The position numbers were made by a program, and so were the translations under genes. From Calcarisporiella thermophila CBS 279.70 (taxonomy: Eukaryota; Fungi; Calcarisporiellomycota): a stretch of 64,000 nucleotides of DNA. Below, piece by piece: positions 35,951-49,842 of this stretch (its first letter is position 1; each line of letters opens with the position of its first letter). The DNA is taken from positions 322,092 to 386,091 of the forward strand of contig NW_027192209.1 of the NCBI RefSeq assembly GCF_041956535.1, in the 5' to 3' direction. The notes beneath the pieces are model-generated. The model was not told the DNA's origin, did no database searches, and was given only the letters and a program-made list of their open reading frames with translations.

Positions 35951-38879
35951 CTAAGGGTTGGCATTCCGGAGAGCTTGCAGAGCAGTTGCCACGCTCACCG
36001 ATTTGCGAATGCGATGGGCCAGTTGGCGTATTTCGGCGCGCTTCCTCTCCGCAGCCTTTCGCTCCGCAAGCTTCCTCTTTCTTTCCTTGGTAGGCCACAG
36101 CATGACGGTGCGCTCAAACGACCACCACCTATATGGAAAACAATATATCATGCCCACGGATCAACCTCTGAAATACAACTGGGACAAGCTCTCCACCCAC
36201 TTACCTCAACATGGCCACTTTAACCGCATCCAAGACGAACATATACGCAAGGGAGATTGCCATGATGGTGATGCCCCACGCCCATCCGATGGGGGCGTTC
36301 CTTTCTGCCTCGCCGAACGCCCCGTAAATGGACATGAACATGGCAAAGACCTGAGTGGCCAGGATCACTACCGTGAAAATGATCGACGGTAAATTCGTCC
36401 AGATGAAGCCGGGGATACGCGTCGAGAAAATCAGGAAGTGGGGGCACGAGGATATGTGCAGGTACATGATCGTATTGAGCTCAAAGTCCGTGACATGGAA
36501 ATAATCGCGTGCCGTGTAGAAAAAGGCGAAGGAGGCCGCGGAGAGGAACAGCGCAAGGACAAAGGACATGCACAAGAGCTGGCCGAGCCGCCATTTATCC
36601 GGACGATTGGATATCTGGGCGTTGTCCCAGGCAATCACGATGGTGGCCGCATCGTTCAGCACCGCGATCAAGATCAGCAGCAGCGGCGCCATCTCCCATT
36701 GCTCGATCAACGTGATCAAGAAGAAAAAGATGAGGAAGTGGATGGTGGAGGTGATACGGTAGAGAGAATAGGAGCGCATCCGCTGGAAGATGGCTCGCGA
36801 GGTTTTGATCCCATCCACGATGGTGGAGAGGCCGGGGGCAAGGAGCACAATATCCGAGGCAGAGCGGGCCGCGTCGGTGCACCCATGCACCGCAATGCCA
36901 ACATTGGCCTTCTTCAGCGCCGGCGCATCGTTCACCCCATCCCCCGTCATGCCCACCAGCAACCCCTTTTTCTGCAACAGCTCCACCACGCGGTATTTAT
37001 GCTCGGGGATCACCTGGGCAAACCCATCCGCACGCACACAGTGCTCCGTCACCTCCTCCTCTGATTTCTCGGGATCCACGAGATGGCCGGCATCCAGAAT
37101 GACGCGCTGCATGCCGAGGCGATGGGCGACCTCTTTTGCAATGATGAGCTGATCCCCCGTGACCATTTTCACATTCACCCCCATCCCCTCGCACTCGGCA
37201 ATCGTGTGGGCCGAATCGGGGCGGGGCGGGTCCAAGAGGGATATCATTCCAACGAGCTGGAAGGTCTCGACATCGCCCGGAAGCGTGCGGGCCACGCCTA
37301 GAGCGCGCAGGCCCCGCCGGGCAAGGGCATTCACCGCCCTTACCGCGTCATCGTCGCCGCCCACCAATTTAACAATGACTTGGGGCGCGCCCTTGGCCAC
37401 CCTGAACAAGCTCTGGGACTCGAGGTTCAACACCTTGGCTTGCGTCATCTTCGTGACCGAGTTGAAGGGAAGAAAAGAGGTCACCTTGTACCCGGGCACC
37501 ACGGTTTTACTCTCGCGATTCTTCAGGATCTCGAGCTTCTCCTCCGCTGCACGCCGCACCGCAACCTCAATGGGATCGTTGGCGCCCGGCTCGGCGGCGA
37601 GGTACGCATACAGCAGCAGGTCCTCCTCGGTGAACCCCTTGCTGAGGTAGGGCTTATCGAAGGTGAGCTCGTTGAGGGTCAGCGTGCCGGTCTTATCGGA
37701 GCAGAGCACCGATACCGAGGCCAGCTCCTCCACCGCGGTCAGCCGTTTCACGATGACCTGCTTGCGCGCCAGTTGCTTCGCCCCAAACGCCATGGTGACG
37801 GACATGACGGTGGGCAGCCCCACCGGGATGGCGGCGATGGTCAGCACGAGGATCTTCTTGATCGAGTCCAGCGGGTCGCGAGCCTGGGTGATGCCCAACA
37901 GGTAGCCGAGGAGGACGAGCACCATGATGACGGTGATGAGGATGAGGAAGTTTCCGATCCGGTTGATGATTTTTTGGAAGTGCCCTTCCTCCGTGGTGAT
38001 CGAGATGAGGTTGGCGGCCCGGCCGATGAAGGTGTGGGCGCCGGTCTTGGTGACCACGGCCATCTGTTGGCCCTGCTTGACGACCGACGAGGAGTACACC
38101 GTGCTCCCCTTGTTCTTCGTGACGGGGAGTGATTCTCCCGTGAGGGCCGACTGGTCCACATGGAGGTCGCCCTCCGTCTCCTCCCCGTTCACCCCGATCC
38201 CAAGCAGCCGAGCGTCGGCGGGGATGATATCCCCCAGCCGCAAAACAATGATGTCGCCGGGCACCAGCTCCGCCGCATCCACTTCCGTCAGTTTTCCATC
38301 GCGCCAGACCCGAGTCTTGAGGGCCAGGTTCTGCTTCAACGCGTCGAGGGCGCTCTCTGCCTTGGCCTCCTCGGCAAACCCAATGGCGGCGTTGACGAAC
38401 AGAAGGCCCACGATGATTCCGAAATCAATCCAGTCCCGGGTGACACCTGCCAGGATGCATGCGATCTCAATCAGGTAAGCGATCGCGCCCGTGAAGAAGC
38501 TGAGGAATTTGAGGATGGGGTTAGTCCGTTTCTCGACCAGCTCGTTGCGCCCGAAGTTGGCCAGCCGTTCCGCGGCCTCCTCCGACGTCAGCCCCTTGGA
38601 GGGGTCGGTGTGCAGCAACTTCTCGCGCTCCGGATCGATCTCGTCCTCGTGCTCGGTATGCTTGTGTTCCTAAAACCAGGATGGAGGTTAGTTTGACTTG
38701 AGGCTTCAGCCCAGGACCCAGGGCCGAGTCGGTATCGCTTCTACCTCGAACTCCACCCCGCTCTTCTCCTCCTGCTTCTTTTCAGACGCATCTCCATCCG
38801 CTGCCGGCGGCTTTTCCTCCGATGCTGGGGCTGTGTTTGGCATCTCATCCCCATTTTGCATCTTTTCAGTTTCCGTCAT
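35951..38879 (-). CDS. PMA1: Plasma-membrane H+-ATPase (P-type IIIA)
   Basis: DQSALTGESLP, PVGLP, CSDKTGTLT, KGAP, DPPR, MTGDGVNDAPALKKA; introns 38670-38744 and about 36133-36204. Confidence 0.97.
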
Positions 38880-40923
38880 TGCGACTCAATCCAGCTTCTG
38901 ATCAGCAGAGTTTCCGAAGGAATCCAAACCAATGACGACGAATTAAAGTCAAGTTGATATTTGAGAGACAAGACAGCTCCCACTTATAAAGAAATAGCTA
39001 AACAACGCAATAGGTAGGGGGGAGGGCCGGTGGGGACTTTCCTCGCGAATATGAAAACTCTCCGGCATTGATTACAGGGGGTGCCCATGCTCTTCAGAAC
39101 AAGCGTGAAACTCGATTCATCTTGCGGAAGGAAAGATTTAATATAGAAGAGTTTTAACTCGCATTGCATCCTAAACAAAAGGAGATCCCCCATTCTTTAA
39201 GAATCCACGCGGCCGAGGGGGATACTATTTGTGCAGCATGTTAATAACGCGACCTGTTTTGGAGCTCAGCCAACACCCTGTGTAATTTTAATTAAAGAAA
39301 CGAATGTAACGCAGCATTTGTGAAATTGCAGAGAGGATTCATCTTTGCCGGAATTTTTTTTTTGTTTGGCCGGCAGAGAGCTCTTGCTCACGCAAGAAAA
39401 GAAAACAAACAAGGAGGGGGAAAACAACAACATACACGCCGTGGGAGGCGAAAAGCTGCGGTGGGAGCCGCTCGGCGCTCCTGCTTTGATGAAACCAGAG
39501 CCTCTTTGGATTCTCGAAGAGGCCGACTTCCCCCGCGAGGCCTCAGGGCTTCCCGAGCAGCAGGCTCAAAGCGCGCCGGTTTGTTTGCACCAGTATGGAA
39601 ACGCAGCCAAAGAGGAGCGAAATACGCCAAACCCAAGGCGACGGCCCTAGCCCTCATGTGCACAAACCTTCTTCCTTGGTCATTGGGCGAATGCACCTCG
39701 AGATTGGCTCCTGATCGAGCTTTTTACTTGCAAAGCTTGTAACCCCGTGGGCTCCATGACAGGAAACCATAAATCCTCATATATAAGCAGGCCTTGGCCG
39801 GATTCTCCGCTGCCTTTTCCCCCACTTCGGCTAAAAATCCTTCCCATTCTCCTGCATTTTCGCATTCCGAGCCTTCGATCTTCACCACGCCCTATGCCGC
39901 ACGCCATTGCCCCGCCACCCATGCCCACCATGACAGGCTCCATGGAGAGCGAGCCGCCGCTATGCAAACGGTGCTGGAGTCGACATAGCCCAAATGAGCC
40001 CTGCTACTGGTAGTTTGAGGTTGAGAATGGACATTCCATTCGACCTTCTCACTCCTCCCAATGAGCGCGTTCAATCATGTATTTTGCTATCTACTAGTTG
40101 CACCCATTCCTCATGGCCTTATTACTACTGGAAAAACTCGTCTTCCTTGTATTTTGTTTATTCACATGTATATCTCTACTTTTAGCTTCATTGAGAGCCC
40201 TTTTGTTCAAAATTGCCCTTGTTCATGTGCAAGCTTCCATAAATCTATTTTTTGGGGGGAGGGAAATTGATACCGAACTTTGACACATCCAAGTCCTAGC
40301 TAAATGGGCAATTTACGAGTAATTTGTAAGAAACGCGACGTTGGAATTGGATCAGCCGGGCGCAATCGGAAATTGACACTGGGCACGTTTGGATGACACA
40401 AGAGCAGAGTAAGCCACGTCGCCTGTCCTTCCGAAAGCTTTTAAGTTTGACGGTATGAAGGGAGAAGAGGCGTTGGCCCCAATTTGAAAAGACGTATCGA
40501 CATGTACGAGGGGATGGATCGCATCCCACTCTTGGCAAATCGGGGGCAATTTGCCAAGGGAGAGGATAGGCGCTGGGGGAGGGTGGGAGAACTTGGGGGC
40601 CGTACAAAAGTGATTCCGGAGAGGAATGATGTTATGCAGCACACGGGGAAGAGGTGGCACGATTTTGACTTATAATGATTGATTTGCTATAATGCCCTTC
40701 CAGGCTCATATAGTTGCATTCGTCTAGATATGCTAGAACAAAAAACGAAAGAGAGGAAATTAAAGCCACAACTGGCTAATGCGATCTGTTAGCAATATTC
40801 GAAGTAGTCTTTCAAAGCCACCTTCTCGATTAGGTTAGGTTAGAATATGGATGCGATTGAATTTACGGGAACTCGTTTACTGAATAAAACATTAGCCGAT
40901 TTGTACGTTAACATTTCTACAGC

Positions 40924-42555
40924 ATGGTAAATGTCTTGTGCCTACGGATGGCAAATCGATTCTTAGTAATCTATACGATAATGCCTCTTAGGGTATCCTC
41001 GAACGAATTAGCGAAATCGAAGCGGAAATCAATAGAACACAAAAAAATAAAGCTACAGAACACCATCTTGGACTGCTCAAAGCCAAACTTGCAAAGTATC
41101 GCGCCCAGCTACTCGAGCCCACATCAAAATCAAGCGGAAAGGGGGAAGGGTTTGCAGTAACTAAGAGCGGCAATGCAACGGTAGCACTCATCGGATTTCC
41201 GTCTGTGGGTAAATCGACCCTGTTGGGTAAAGTGACCAAGACGCATTCAGTGGGTAGGTTTGCTTGAATTTCCCGACGTCTACATTCATTGCAATAATCT
41301 CGGATGATTCCTTTTGCCTACATTAGCCGCCAGTTATGAGTTCACAACTCTCACTTGTATCCCTGGAAAGATCGAGTATAAGGGTGCTAGCATTCAGCTT
41401 CTCGATCTACCAGGTATTATTGAAGGCGCAGCTCAGGGTGAGTGGATATGCATTTTTGACAGGGAGCACAGATAGCTAAAGGGTTTCTATAATTGCAGGC
41501 AAGGGTCGTGGGAAACAAGTGGTGGCAGTGGCTCGTACTGCTGACTTAGTCCTAATGATGCTGGACGCGACCAAGAGTGAGCAGCAGAGGTATATACCGT
41601 TTCTTTGCGCTCTCGATCAGCCTCCTGACAATTTTTCTGCTCTATTCTGTAGATATCTATTAGAGCGCGAGTTAGAGGCTGTAGGCATTCGGTTAAATAA
41701 ACAACGGCCTAATGTGTACTTCAAGGTCTTTACCCATCCATGTGTGCGCGCTATTTTTGCTAGGTTTTTTTTTAACCATTTCCCTTTGCTACATAGGTGA
41801 AGAAGGGAGGAGGCATAAGCTTCAACGCAACCGTGAAGCTGACCTATTTGACGGCTAGACTTGTACAAAATATTCTACATGATTATAGTAAGATCTCCTC
41901 GGTCTGTGTCCCTCTCTACCCCCTAATAACTCGTCTTTCGATGGATTGGTTTGAATCTGCGTAGAAATTTTCAATGCAGAGGTGCTGATACGCGAGGATA
42001 TCACCGTCGACGAGTTCATTGACGTCGTATTATCCAACGTCAAATACATCAAATGCCTATATGTAGGTGTCCATAGCCTCAAGTTCTATTTTTTTTTTCC
42101 TCACCTGTATTGAGACATCCCGATCATAGTGCTTTAACAAAATCGATCAAATCACAGTCGAGGAGGTGGATCGTTTGGCACGACAGCCCAATACCGTCGT
42201 GGTCAGTTGCGAAAATGATCTCAACTTGGACTATTTAATCGAAAAGATATGGCAGGTGAGTCGATGATCCGCAGCTTGCGTGGTGAGCTAAAGCTAATCA
42301 CCTCTCTCCACTCAGAAATTGGACCTTATCCGGATCTACACCAAGAAGCGCGGAGAATTCCCGGATTTCAACGAGGGCATTATCATTCGCAATGGAAGCT
42401 CGGTGGCCGACGTGTGCCGCTACATTCACCGATCGCTTGTGGACGACATGCGGTACGCATACTGCTGGGGCTCCTCTTGTAAGCACGTTTGTCAAAAGGT
42501 CGGGAAGGATCATGTCCTGGAAGACGAGGATGTGCTCCAAATAGTAAAAAAGTAA
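40924..42555 (+). CDS. RBG2: Developmentally regulated GTP-binding protein 2 (DRG2/Rbg2)
   Basis: M|[62 protein letters not shown] domain at the C-terminus. Confidence 0.92.
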
Positions 42556-42939
42556 GCAACATGGTGTTTCTCATTTTTCCTATTGGATTTTTCCTAATGA
42601 TTTGCTTTTTTTTTTCTTTTTCTCTCCCCTCCCCCACCCCCTGAAATAGGATCTAATTCCCTTGTCACAACCAAATCTCAAATAAAATTCTCAATTTCAT
42701 AAAAGGGTTCTGGTGACCTGAGCTGTCCACAGTCCACAGGTTCTTGGTTAAACGAATCAGAGCTGTGTGCAAAATGCCAAATTGGATCTTTATATCTGAA
42801 TATCGATTGTTTACTTTCTATCCTGAATTATAAGGAATGTAATGATTGTTTAGTGTTTTCAAACTTTCCATCCGTCACCATTCACTTGTTCTCCTTTTGT
42901 CTTCTACACTTGCACCGCCTTCTTCATTCCACCTAATAT

Positions 42940-45009
42940 ATGGATTCTGGTCATCCAAGCATGACATCGGATCAGCAGCAGCCAACTAGAAAGCGTTCCC
43001 TGATTAGACGCCGCACATTATCCCGCGATGATCGCCCAGCCCCCAATCTCCTCTCCGCCTCTGAAATCGATGCGGGCCAGCAGGCCGAATCTCCCACCGA
43101 TTACATAATCCAAATGGCTATCCACCGCAACAGTAGCGACAGCTCTTCTGCTGAAATTCAATTGCAGCAGGCTACTTCATCTCCCCGCACAACACGAAGA
43201 CGGCCGTCCAATGTGGAGGAGGATGTGTGTTTTCCCCTGCTTCCTGATATCAAAACTACCTCAAAGAATGGGATTGACCACGATGCACTGGGGGCGTATT
43301 TGAGAGGCGAATTAATACCCGCCTCGCGCTCTGGCAATGACCCATCAGATACAACGGTGGAGCCAGAAGGAGACACTTTAAATGAAAAGGACCCGCTGAA
43401 GGGCGATCTATCCAAGCCGATCGTACCTGAAAGAAGAAAGGTAGCCATGCCTATTCCCCCCTTCCCTCTCCCGTTATCTGATCCCTTCTTAATTGATTGT
43501 TTTCGTGTGCTATAGCAACTTGAATCGGAACGCTTTAGTTTCTATTCCCCCGCCACGGGTGTTATATATGCGGAAACTTTCAACGAACTCACTCATGAGG
43601 GAAAATCCATCATTGACATGTTGTCCACCAGCGGATGGTGGATCGACATCTTGTCGCCCACCGATGCTGAGATGCGAGCTTTTAGTCGGGTGAGGGACCT
43701 TGTCGAAAGGGATCGAATTAGGATATAGGACTGACCATCTATCCTTTAGATATTTCGTATTCATCCGTTAACTACAGAGGACATCCAAACGGAAGAGGCA
43801 CGGGAAAAGTGCGAAGCTTTTCCAAATTATATGTTCGTGTGCATTCGCACCTTTGATCAAGACCACTACTCTCCAGGCTATCTAGACCCGATTAGCATGT
43901 ACAGCGTCGTGATGCCGGATGGGATTCTCACCGTCCATCATAGGCCGATTCCCCACGCAGAGAATGTTCGAGCCCGTATTGAGCAGCTTCAAAACCATAT
44001 CACCATTACTCCAGGTACTGTCATCGCCAACCATCTTTTTAAGCTTGATGCTGACCCCATGCCCACTGCATAGAGTGGATTAACTATGCCATTATTGATG
44101 ATATCACCGATTCGTTCGCCCCCCTCATTCAACACATCGAGTTGGAGGTGGATTCCATCGATGAGCTTGTGCTGATTCTCAAGGAATCCGAGCAAAGCGA
44201 CATGCTTCGACGCATCGGGCACTGCCGAAAGAAGGTCATGGGTCTGCTGAAGCTCCTCAATCCCAAGGTGGACGTGGTGCGTGGGCTGATCAAAAGATGC
44301 GAGGACTTTGACAAGGAAGTGTCTAGCAGCTCAACCACCATCGCAAGCGGAACGCGTGCCACCATGGGCTCGGGGCCCATCACATCGACAGGCCTGGCCA
44401 GCTCTGGAATTCCTGGTCCCTATGGGCCCATACCATCCGCGGCCGTCCCACCTCTGCCCGGAAACAATGGTTCCACTGCTTACGGGGTGTATCCGACCCA
44501 GAGCTTGTCGCTAGGAGGAAATATCCTCCACAACGATGTGAACCTATTCTTGGGAGATATCCAAGGTACCGTCCTAACCTTGTATTGTGTGATCTCTTTA
44601 TACTGAGCCGCCCTTTTCTTGGTAGATCACTTGATAACCATGCTCCAAAACTTGAACCACTTTGAGCAAATTCTCGCCCGCTCGCATTACAATTACCTCG
44701 CTCAGATCAGCATCGAGCTGACCCAAGTGAGCAATCGGACGAACGATGTCGTTGGGCGCCTGACGGTATTTGCCACCGTGCTTGTGCCGCTTAACGTGAT
44801 CACTGGTTTGTGGGGGATGAACGTCCCTGTTCCAGGAATGGATAGGTAGTTCGAATTCACTTTGACTTGAATGTTCACCCACCGCTAACGCTTGCACTTG
44901 TCCTTTCTTCAATAGCAAGGGTTTGGTGTGGTTTTTCTGGATTGTCGGATTCTTGTGTATTTTCGTGCTTGTCGCGGTGGCGTTTGCAAAGCGGGCCGGT
45001 CTTTGTTAG
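42940..45009 (+). CDS. CorA-family Mg2+ transporter (Alr1/Mnr2-like)
   Basis: WWIDILSPT, IHPLTTEDIQ, HFEQILARSHYNYLAQISIE, TGLWGMNV (GMN motif), second TM ending AKRAGLC*. Confidence 0.93.
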
Positions 45010-45555
45010 AGAGCCGTTTTCCTCTCCCGCTCTGGTATTGTTTCATTTTCTTGTATTTGTGCAATTTATTTCCTTCTTTCTCTCCAAGAAACACCTTTAT
45101 CATTCTCGACGCTATTTTATTTTTGGCTATTTATTCTCCTTCCTTTCTGCCAGCCCTGCCACTTTTTTTTCTCTCGTTCGGTACCTTTAACTACGTATCC
45201 CCCCCCTAATCCAAATTCTAATACCTATTTTTAATGCTTCATTCAACTGAAGGGTATATATATACTTTTTCTTTTATTCCAAAAATATAGACCCATTTTA
45301 TAACCCAGAGTGGTTGTCGACCTGAGCCCCATAGGCTACTCAGTCATTCTATGAGGGCCATCGACCAACACGAGCTTAGCGATGGAAGTCGCACGGCTTT
45401 GAACAGAAAGGTGGCGTAGTCAATTCATTTGTATCATTCTCAAATGGATGCGATTTCCTGGACTTGTATTCCATCTATCTGGTTAGCTTTCTCTCCCTAA
45501 ACATACCGGAATCCTCTGATCATCGATAGGAGTTTGAAAGGAGAGATAGAGAACC

Positions 45556-47147
45556 ATGACTACACGGCCCGATCCACCCTACCGGACCATCACCGATCAA
45601 TCCCTACCTACGCATGTGTCGCCAAGTACCACAGCCGCTAGACAGAAGCGAGTAAAACGGTCTGCCAGCTCTGGGGCGCACACGGACACCGAATTAGAAG
45701 GCCCAGCTCCAAGAGTAACCCCGGTGGCCACAACTGTGCTTGCCAATCCAACGCTAGGGGCACCGCGCCAAAAGCCCACCCAACCATTGCGCACCACCAA
45801 AACCTCGCAAAAGCTGGTCATTTTCCCTGAAGATGATCGTGTCATTCCGCCCCCCGTAGAGGAGCCCACCATATTCGACCAGGCTCCCACCTATGTTGAC
45901 ACGCAGCGCACTGAGGCCGAGCGCATGCCAAAAGACATGCGTGCGGATGCCAACATTCCCCGCGCGACCGCCTACTACACCGCCGGGAGTTGCGATTTGC
46001 AAGCCCTCGCCGCCTACCTCAAAAACATACACGGCGTACGGCCACGTAAGTACGACGAATGCCTGTACGCCCCCTACCATTTCCCCCTGCTACCTGGGAC
46101 GGCGGACGCTCGCTTGAAGAGTTCGCCCCCGCTGCGCTCGCCGGGGGGGAATGTGATTCACGACAAACAGCTGGAGACGATCGAGAACATCAACCTGATG
46201 ACCGATGGAAATCGCATGTCCAGCTCTCCCTCGTCCGCCGATAAGACGGCGGAGCCTCATCTCATCGACGATTTCGAATCCAAGCGCCGCTCTACAGAGG
46301 TGGTGCCGTTTGCGGGGGGGGAATGCTTTTTCTTCGACTACGGCGTCACCGTTTTCTGGAACTTCTCGGAGCGTGAGGAGATGCTTATTCTGGCGGACAT
46401 AGCCCGTTTCCAAAACAATCGGCTGTCGCAGGATGTGCGCGAAGAGTTCCACTTCCAGTATCAACCGGACGCGCTCGATCAGAAGCCACGGTGAGTAGAG
46501 TCTCTCTTGGCAGTGCCCGCCCCTTGTGCTAACCTCTACTAACGGGTATGCAGCATTTACAACGACATGATCACGATCAAGAGTGGCAACCATCTCCTCA
46601 AGCTAACGATCTCCCACGCCATTGCGCAGAGTACCGTGCTGGCCTACTACGAGGATGAAATGGACTCCACCATTGATGCCACCAAATCCATTCCACAGCG
46701 GCTGGCCCTCAGTGGCCACCTGGACATGAGCCGCACCCAAGTGACCAAGCTGAACGGACAGCTGTTCAAGCTGCGAATGCACGTGAACCTGGTATCGAAC
46801 GTGCTGGGTAGGCTATCATCATTGAATATCGGTGTTTGCGCACCGCTCTGATTTCTGTACTCTTGCTCCACCCAATAGACACCCCCGAGATATTCTGGAG
46901 CGAGCCCTCGCTTCAACCGCTCTACAATGTGATCAAGCTCTATCTCGAGATTCCGCAGCGGGCCAAAATCCTCAACGATCGCTGCGCGGTGCTTAGCGAT
47001 CTGCTCGAGGTTCTGCGAGAGCACATGAACAGCGCGCACATGCATTACCAGACGTGGATTATCATCTGGCTGATTGTGATTGCGGTCTTGGTTGCATGCG
47101 GCGAAATTTTTGTCAAGGCGCTGAATCAGGCAGCGGGTTTAGAGTGA
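45556..47147 (+). CDS. RMD1: Rmd1/DUF155 family protein
   Basis: PRATAYYTA, FFFDYGVTVFWN, KLTISHAIAQS, DTPEIFWSEP...YLEIPQR; C-terminal TM. Confidence 0.88.
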
Positions 47148-48371
47148 ACTTGGTCCCCTTCCCCTCCCCCCTCCCTTCTCCCCTCACCTCCATGAGCCAC
47201 GGCGCTCCATTAGACATGCATTGTTATTTTCCCTCTCCAAGTGACTTCATGGATATGTGGGAAGGAGAATACGTGTGTATTTTAGCAGACTCTACCTTTT
47301 TTTTTTGTATATTGTTTTTTTTTATCATAATTCTTCCCGGGTTCCATGTAAGTTTTCTTTGCTCTCGCCTTTAAAGCCCAAGTAAACCCAACGTGTGAAA
47401 TATGGCCAGATCTACTCGAGCCATTTTCGGTTAACTTTTAGTGGACATCCATGCCCCTTTCATCTGGCGTTTTCTCACCCAATATAAAAGCAGGTTGATT
47501 GGATTTTTATTTTACTCTTTCACTCTGCCACTTTGGCTTTTTGAGTGATCCAGCTTTCCTGATAACATCCTCACCTACGCGAGGCGACGGTGCAGGTTGT
47601 AACTATTTGCGCAAACAAAGTCCCGCTGCCCCTAACACGAAGCGCCTAAAATAGGGCCAGCCAGAGAGATTGGTAATAAAGTGATGGAGGCACAAGGGCT
47701 CTATGGTGGAAAACAGGCTATTTCTCTAAGAGGCCGATCGCGATCTTCACGATTCACGATTGGGCGGCCCAGCCAATCAAGCAGAATACACTTGGAGTAA
47801 GGCACAGCCATCAGGGAGGGGCATAGCATTTCATAGAAGCCGGCTGATTGCTCAAGCTGAGTCATGAAGTTGCCGAACTCTGGAAGTTTGGCCCCACGTG
47901 TCCCTGCGAAAGGGAGGGGATCATCTGGGTGGAAAAGAGCAATGCGAGGTGGGAAGGGATAATCGTTTTGCAGCTAGAGCCATAATTGGGTCGCCGTGAA
48001 ATGGAATGGGGAACATGTCGAGTTGGAAGAATCCGGCGGATCGAGCAAGACTTGTAGTTTTCTACCGATTTGGGAGTCTGAAATGAGCCTGATGTTCCGG
48101 ATAGCTATTGTGGCTTTTTGTGCTTGCGTTGGAGACTCTTCGCATCCCCCAAAATGGGGGATCGGACGCACGAGGAATGAAGTCACATTCGGGATTTTCT
48201 TGTGCTCTCGAGCAAGCCGTTAAAACGGATCCTGGAACTTCCCCTCCTCTTTCTCCTTGGTTGACTATTCCGCATTGCCCTTCAGTCATTGACGCTAGAA
48301 TCGAGAATCGCGCATGGTGCGATCTACACGGCTTTTGATCACATAATATTTATTCCCCAATCTCTTCATCC

Positions 48372-49262
48372 ATGGGCAAGTTAATGACAACGCGCTATAA
48401 TGATATCTTGAGCCTCAAGGTAGCGCCGCCCCTCGCCCATTTGCCTTGCGTCTCCTTGCCCATGACTAAATTCTGCTTTTAGATGAGAGCGCTGTTTGAT
48501 GAGGCGGACGAGGATTCGGGAAATGAAGTAGGACGGCCGATTCTGCCAAGTGCGTTGGGGACTGGACTGATCCAAGGCTCTTTTCTATCCTATTAGCAGA
48601 GCAGAGCGTTCACATTCGACCAGTTTGTGCAGGCGATCGATGTCAACGACAAGGAGATCCGTAGGCTTTTCTGCTTGTTTTACAAGGTAGAACGATTTTC
48701 TTGCCCTCTGCCTTTCTTCTGATCGCTCAGCCTCTTGACGCCTCTACAGAAAGTAAGATTGCAGCATTTCATCAACAATCCGTGCCAGCATTTCCACCTC
48801 CACCACCGACATTATCGTCGCCATCACCGCCAGAACACCCCCACCCCGATCTACACGCCCTATGGCGCCAGTTTGGGACTCAACAGCAATGGCCGTCGTT
48901 CCCGTCTCTCGCGTCGCTCCCCCGCCCTCATCGGCACGACCGCGGGCGAATCCCTTATTGCCGGGGACCATTCCGACCACGACCTCCCCCACCGGCCGAT
49001 CTTGCGTCGCCTGGCCACCATGCTGCCCATTGACACCGTGGAGGGCGACGTGGAGGCGTTTTTCGATGGCTCGGAGCGCTTTTTGCCACCGCAGGAGGAC
49101 GCGGCGGCCCCGGTGTTTGTCGACGAGGCCTTGAGCGAGCGCAGCGTTGGCGGGGACAGCCGGAGAGAGGAGCCGGCGCAAGCCCCGGCGCGCCCCGGCC
49201 GACTCCCTGCGACTCCCCCGCCGGGTGTCATCTCGCCCCCGCTCTCGCAATCGATAGATTGA
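48372..49262 (+). CDS. Hypothetical protein of about 231 aa (4 exons) with N-myristoylation consensus, EF-hand-like segment and His/Arg-rich tract
   Basis: Exons 48372-48419, 48483-48527, 48597-48686 and 48750-49262; all introns are phase-0 GT-AG; GC-rich third codon positions in this frame. Confidence 0.65.
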
Positions 49263-49842
49263 GCCTGCTTGCAGGCCCGCGGCCAGCCCGAGCCGGCACT
49301 GCCACCGCCTCGGCTGGAGACGGCCTGTCTACTTGTATGTATCATTGCACGAGTGCAGTTAGTTTGTAACAGTATCTTTATAAGAGGTCGACTGTATATA
49401 CTCGCCTTGATGGATATGTGTGTGTTCCTCTTCCTCTTCCCTTGTACCTCGCTGTCTTCTGAAATGAAGTCTGCTACCCCTCCTCCCCCCCCCCTATGCC
49501 CTTGCTCGGCATAATTGCAAAAGGAGCAGGCGATTTTCGCGGCGCGGACTCCGCGCCGAGCGCGGATTGGCCGGCGTCCTTCATTAGCCTCAAGCTCCGC
49601 AAGTAAATCTATCTTGGTGATCAGGAGCTTAATTTAAGGTTTGGTGTGGACGCCGTATTTCTACCAGAGCCAGCACCGGTTGGGGGGAGGCGCGTGCTCA
49701 CTTTTCCCTCTCTCCATCCGCTCGTTGATGCATCTTGGCCCGCGAAGGATGCCAGGTTCCCCTCTCTAATCCCCTCCAAGCTTCTCTCCACACCACACCC
49801 GCCCCCCTCTAATCGCTTCCTCCCATTCACTATCCAACCATA

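Noticed and set aside
36438-38696. Long plus-strand ORFs antisense to PMA1 (likewise 51319-52629, 50080-50961 and 32606-33337)
   Set aside because: Shadow ORFs expected from high GC3 or low-complexity coding on the opposite strand
25000-41000. Dikaritin/RiPP biosynthetic cluster around the repeat precursor
   Set aside because: No DUF3328/UstY (HxxHC), tyrosinase, methyltransferase, prolyl oligopeptidase or transporter gene is nearby, and the repeats lack Tyr; linear peptides are more likely
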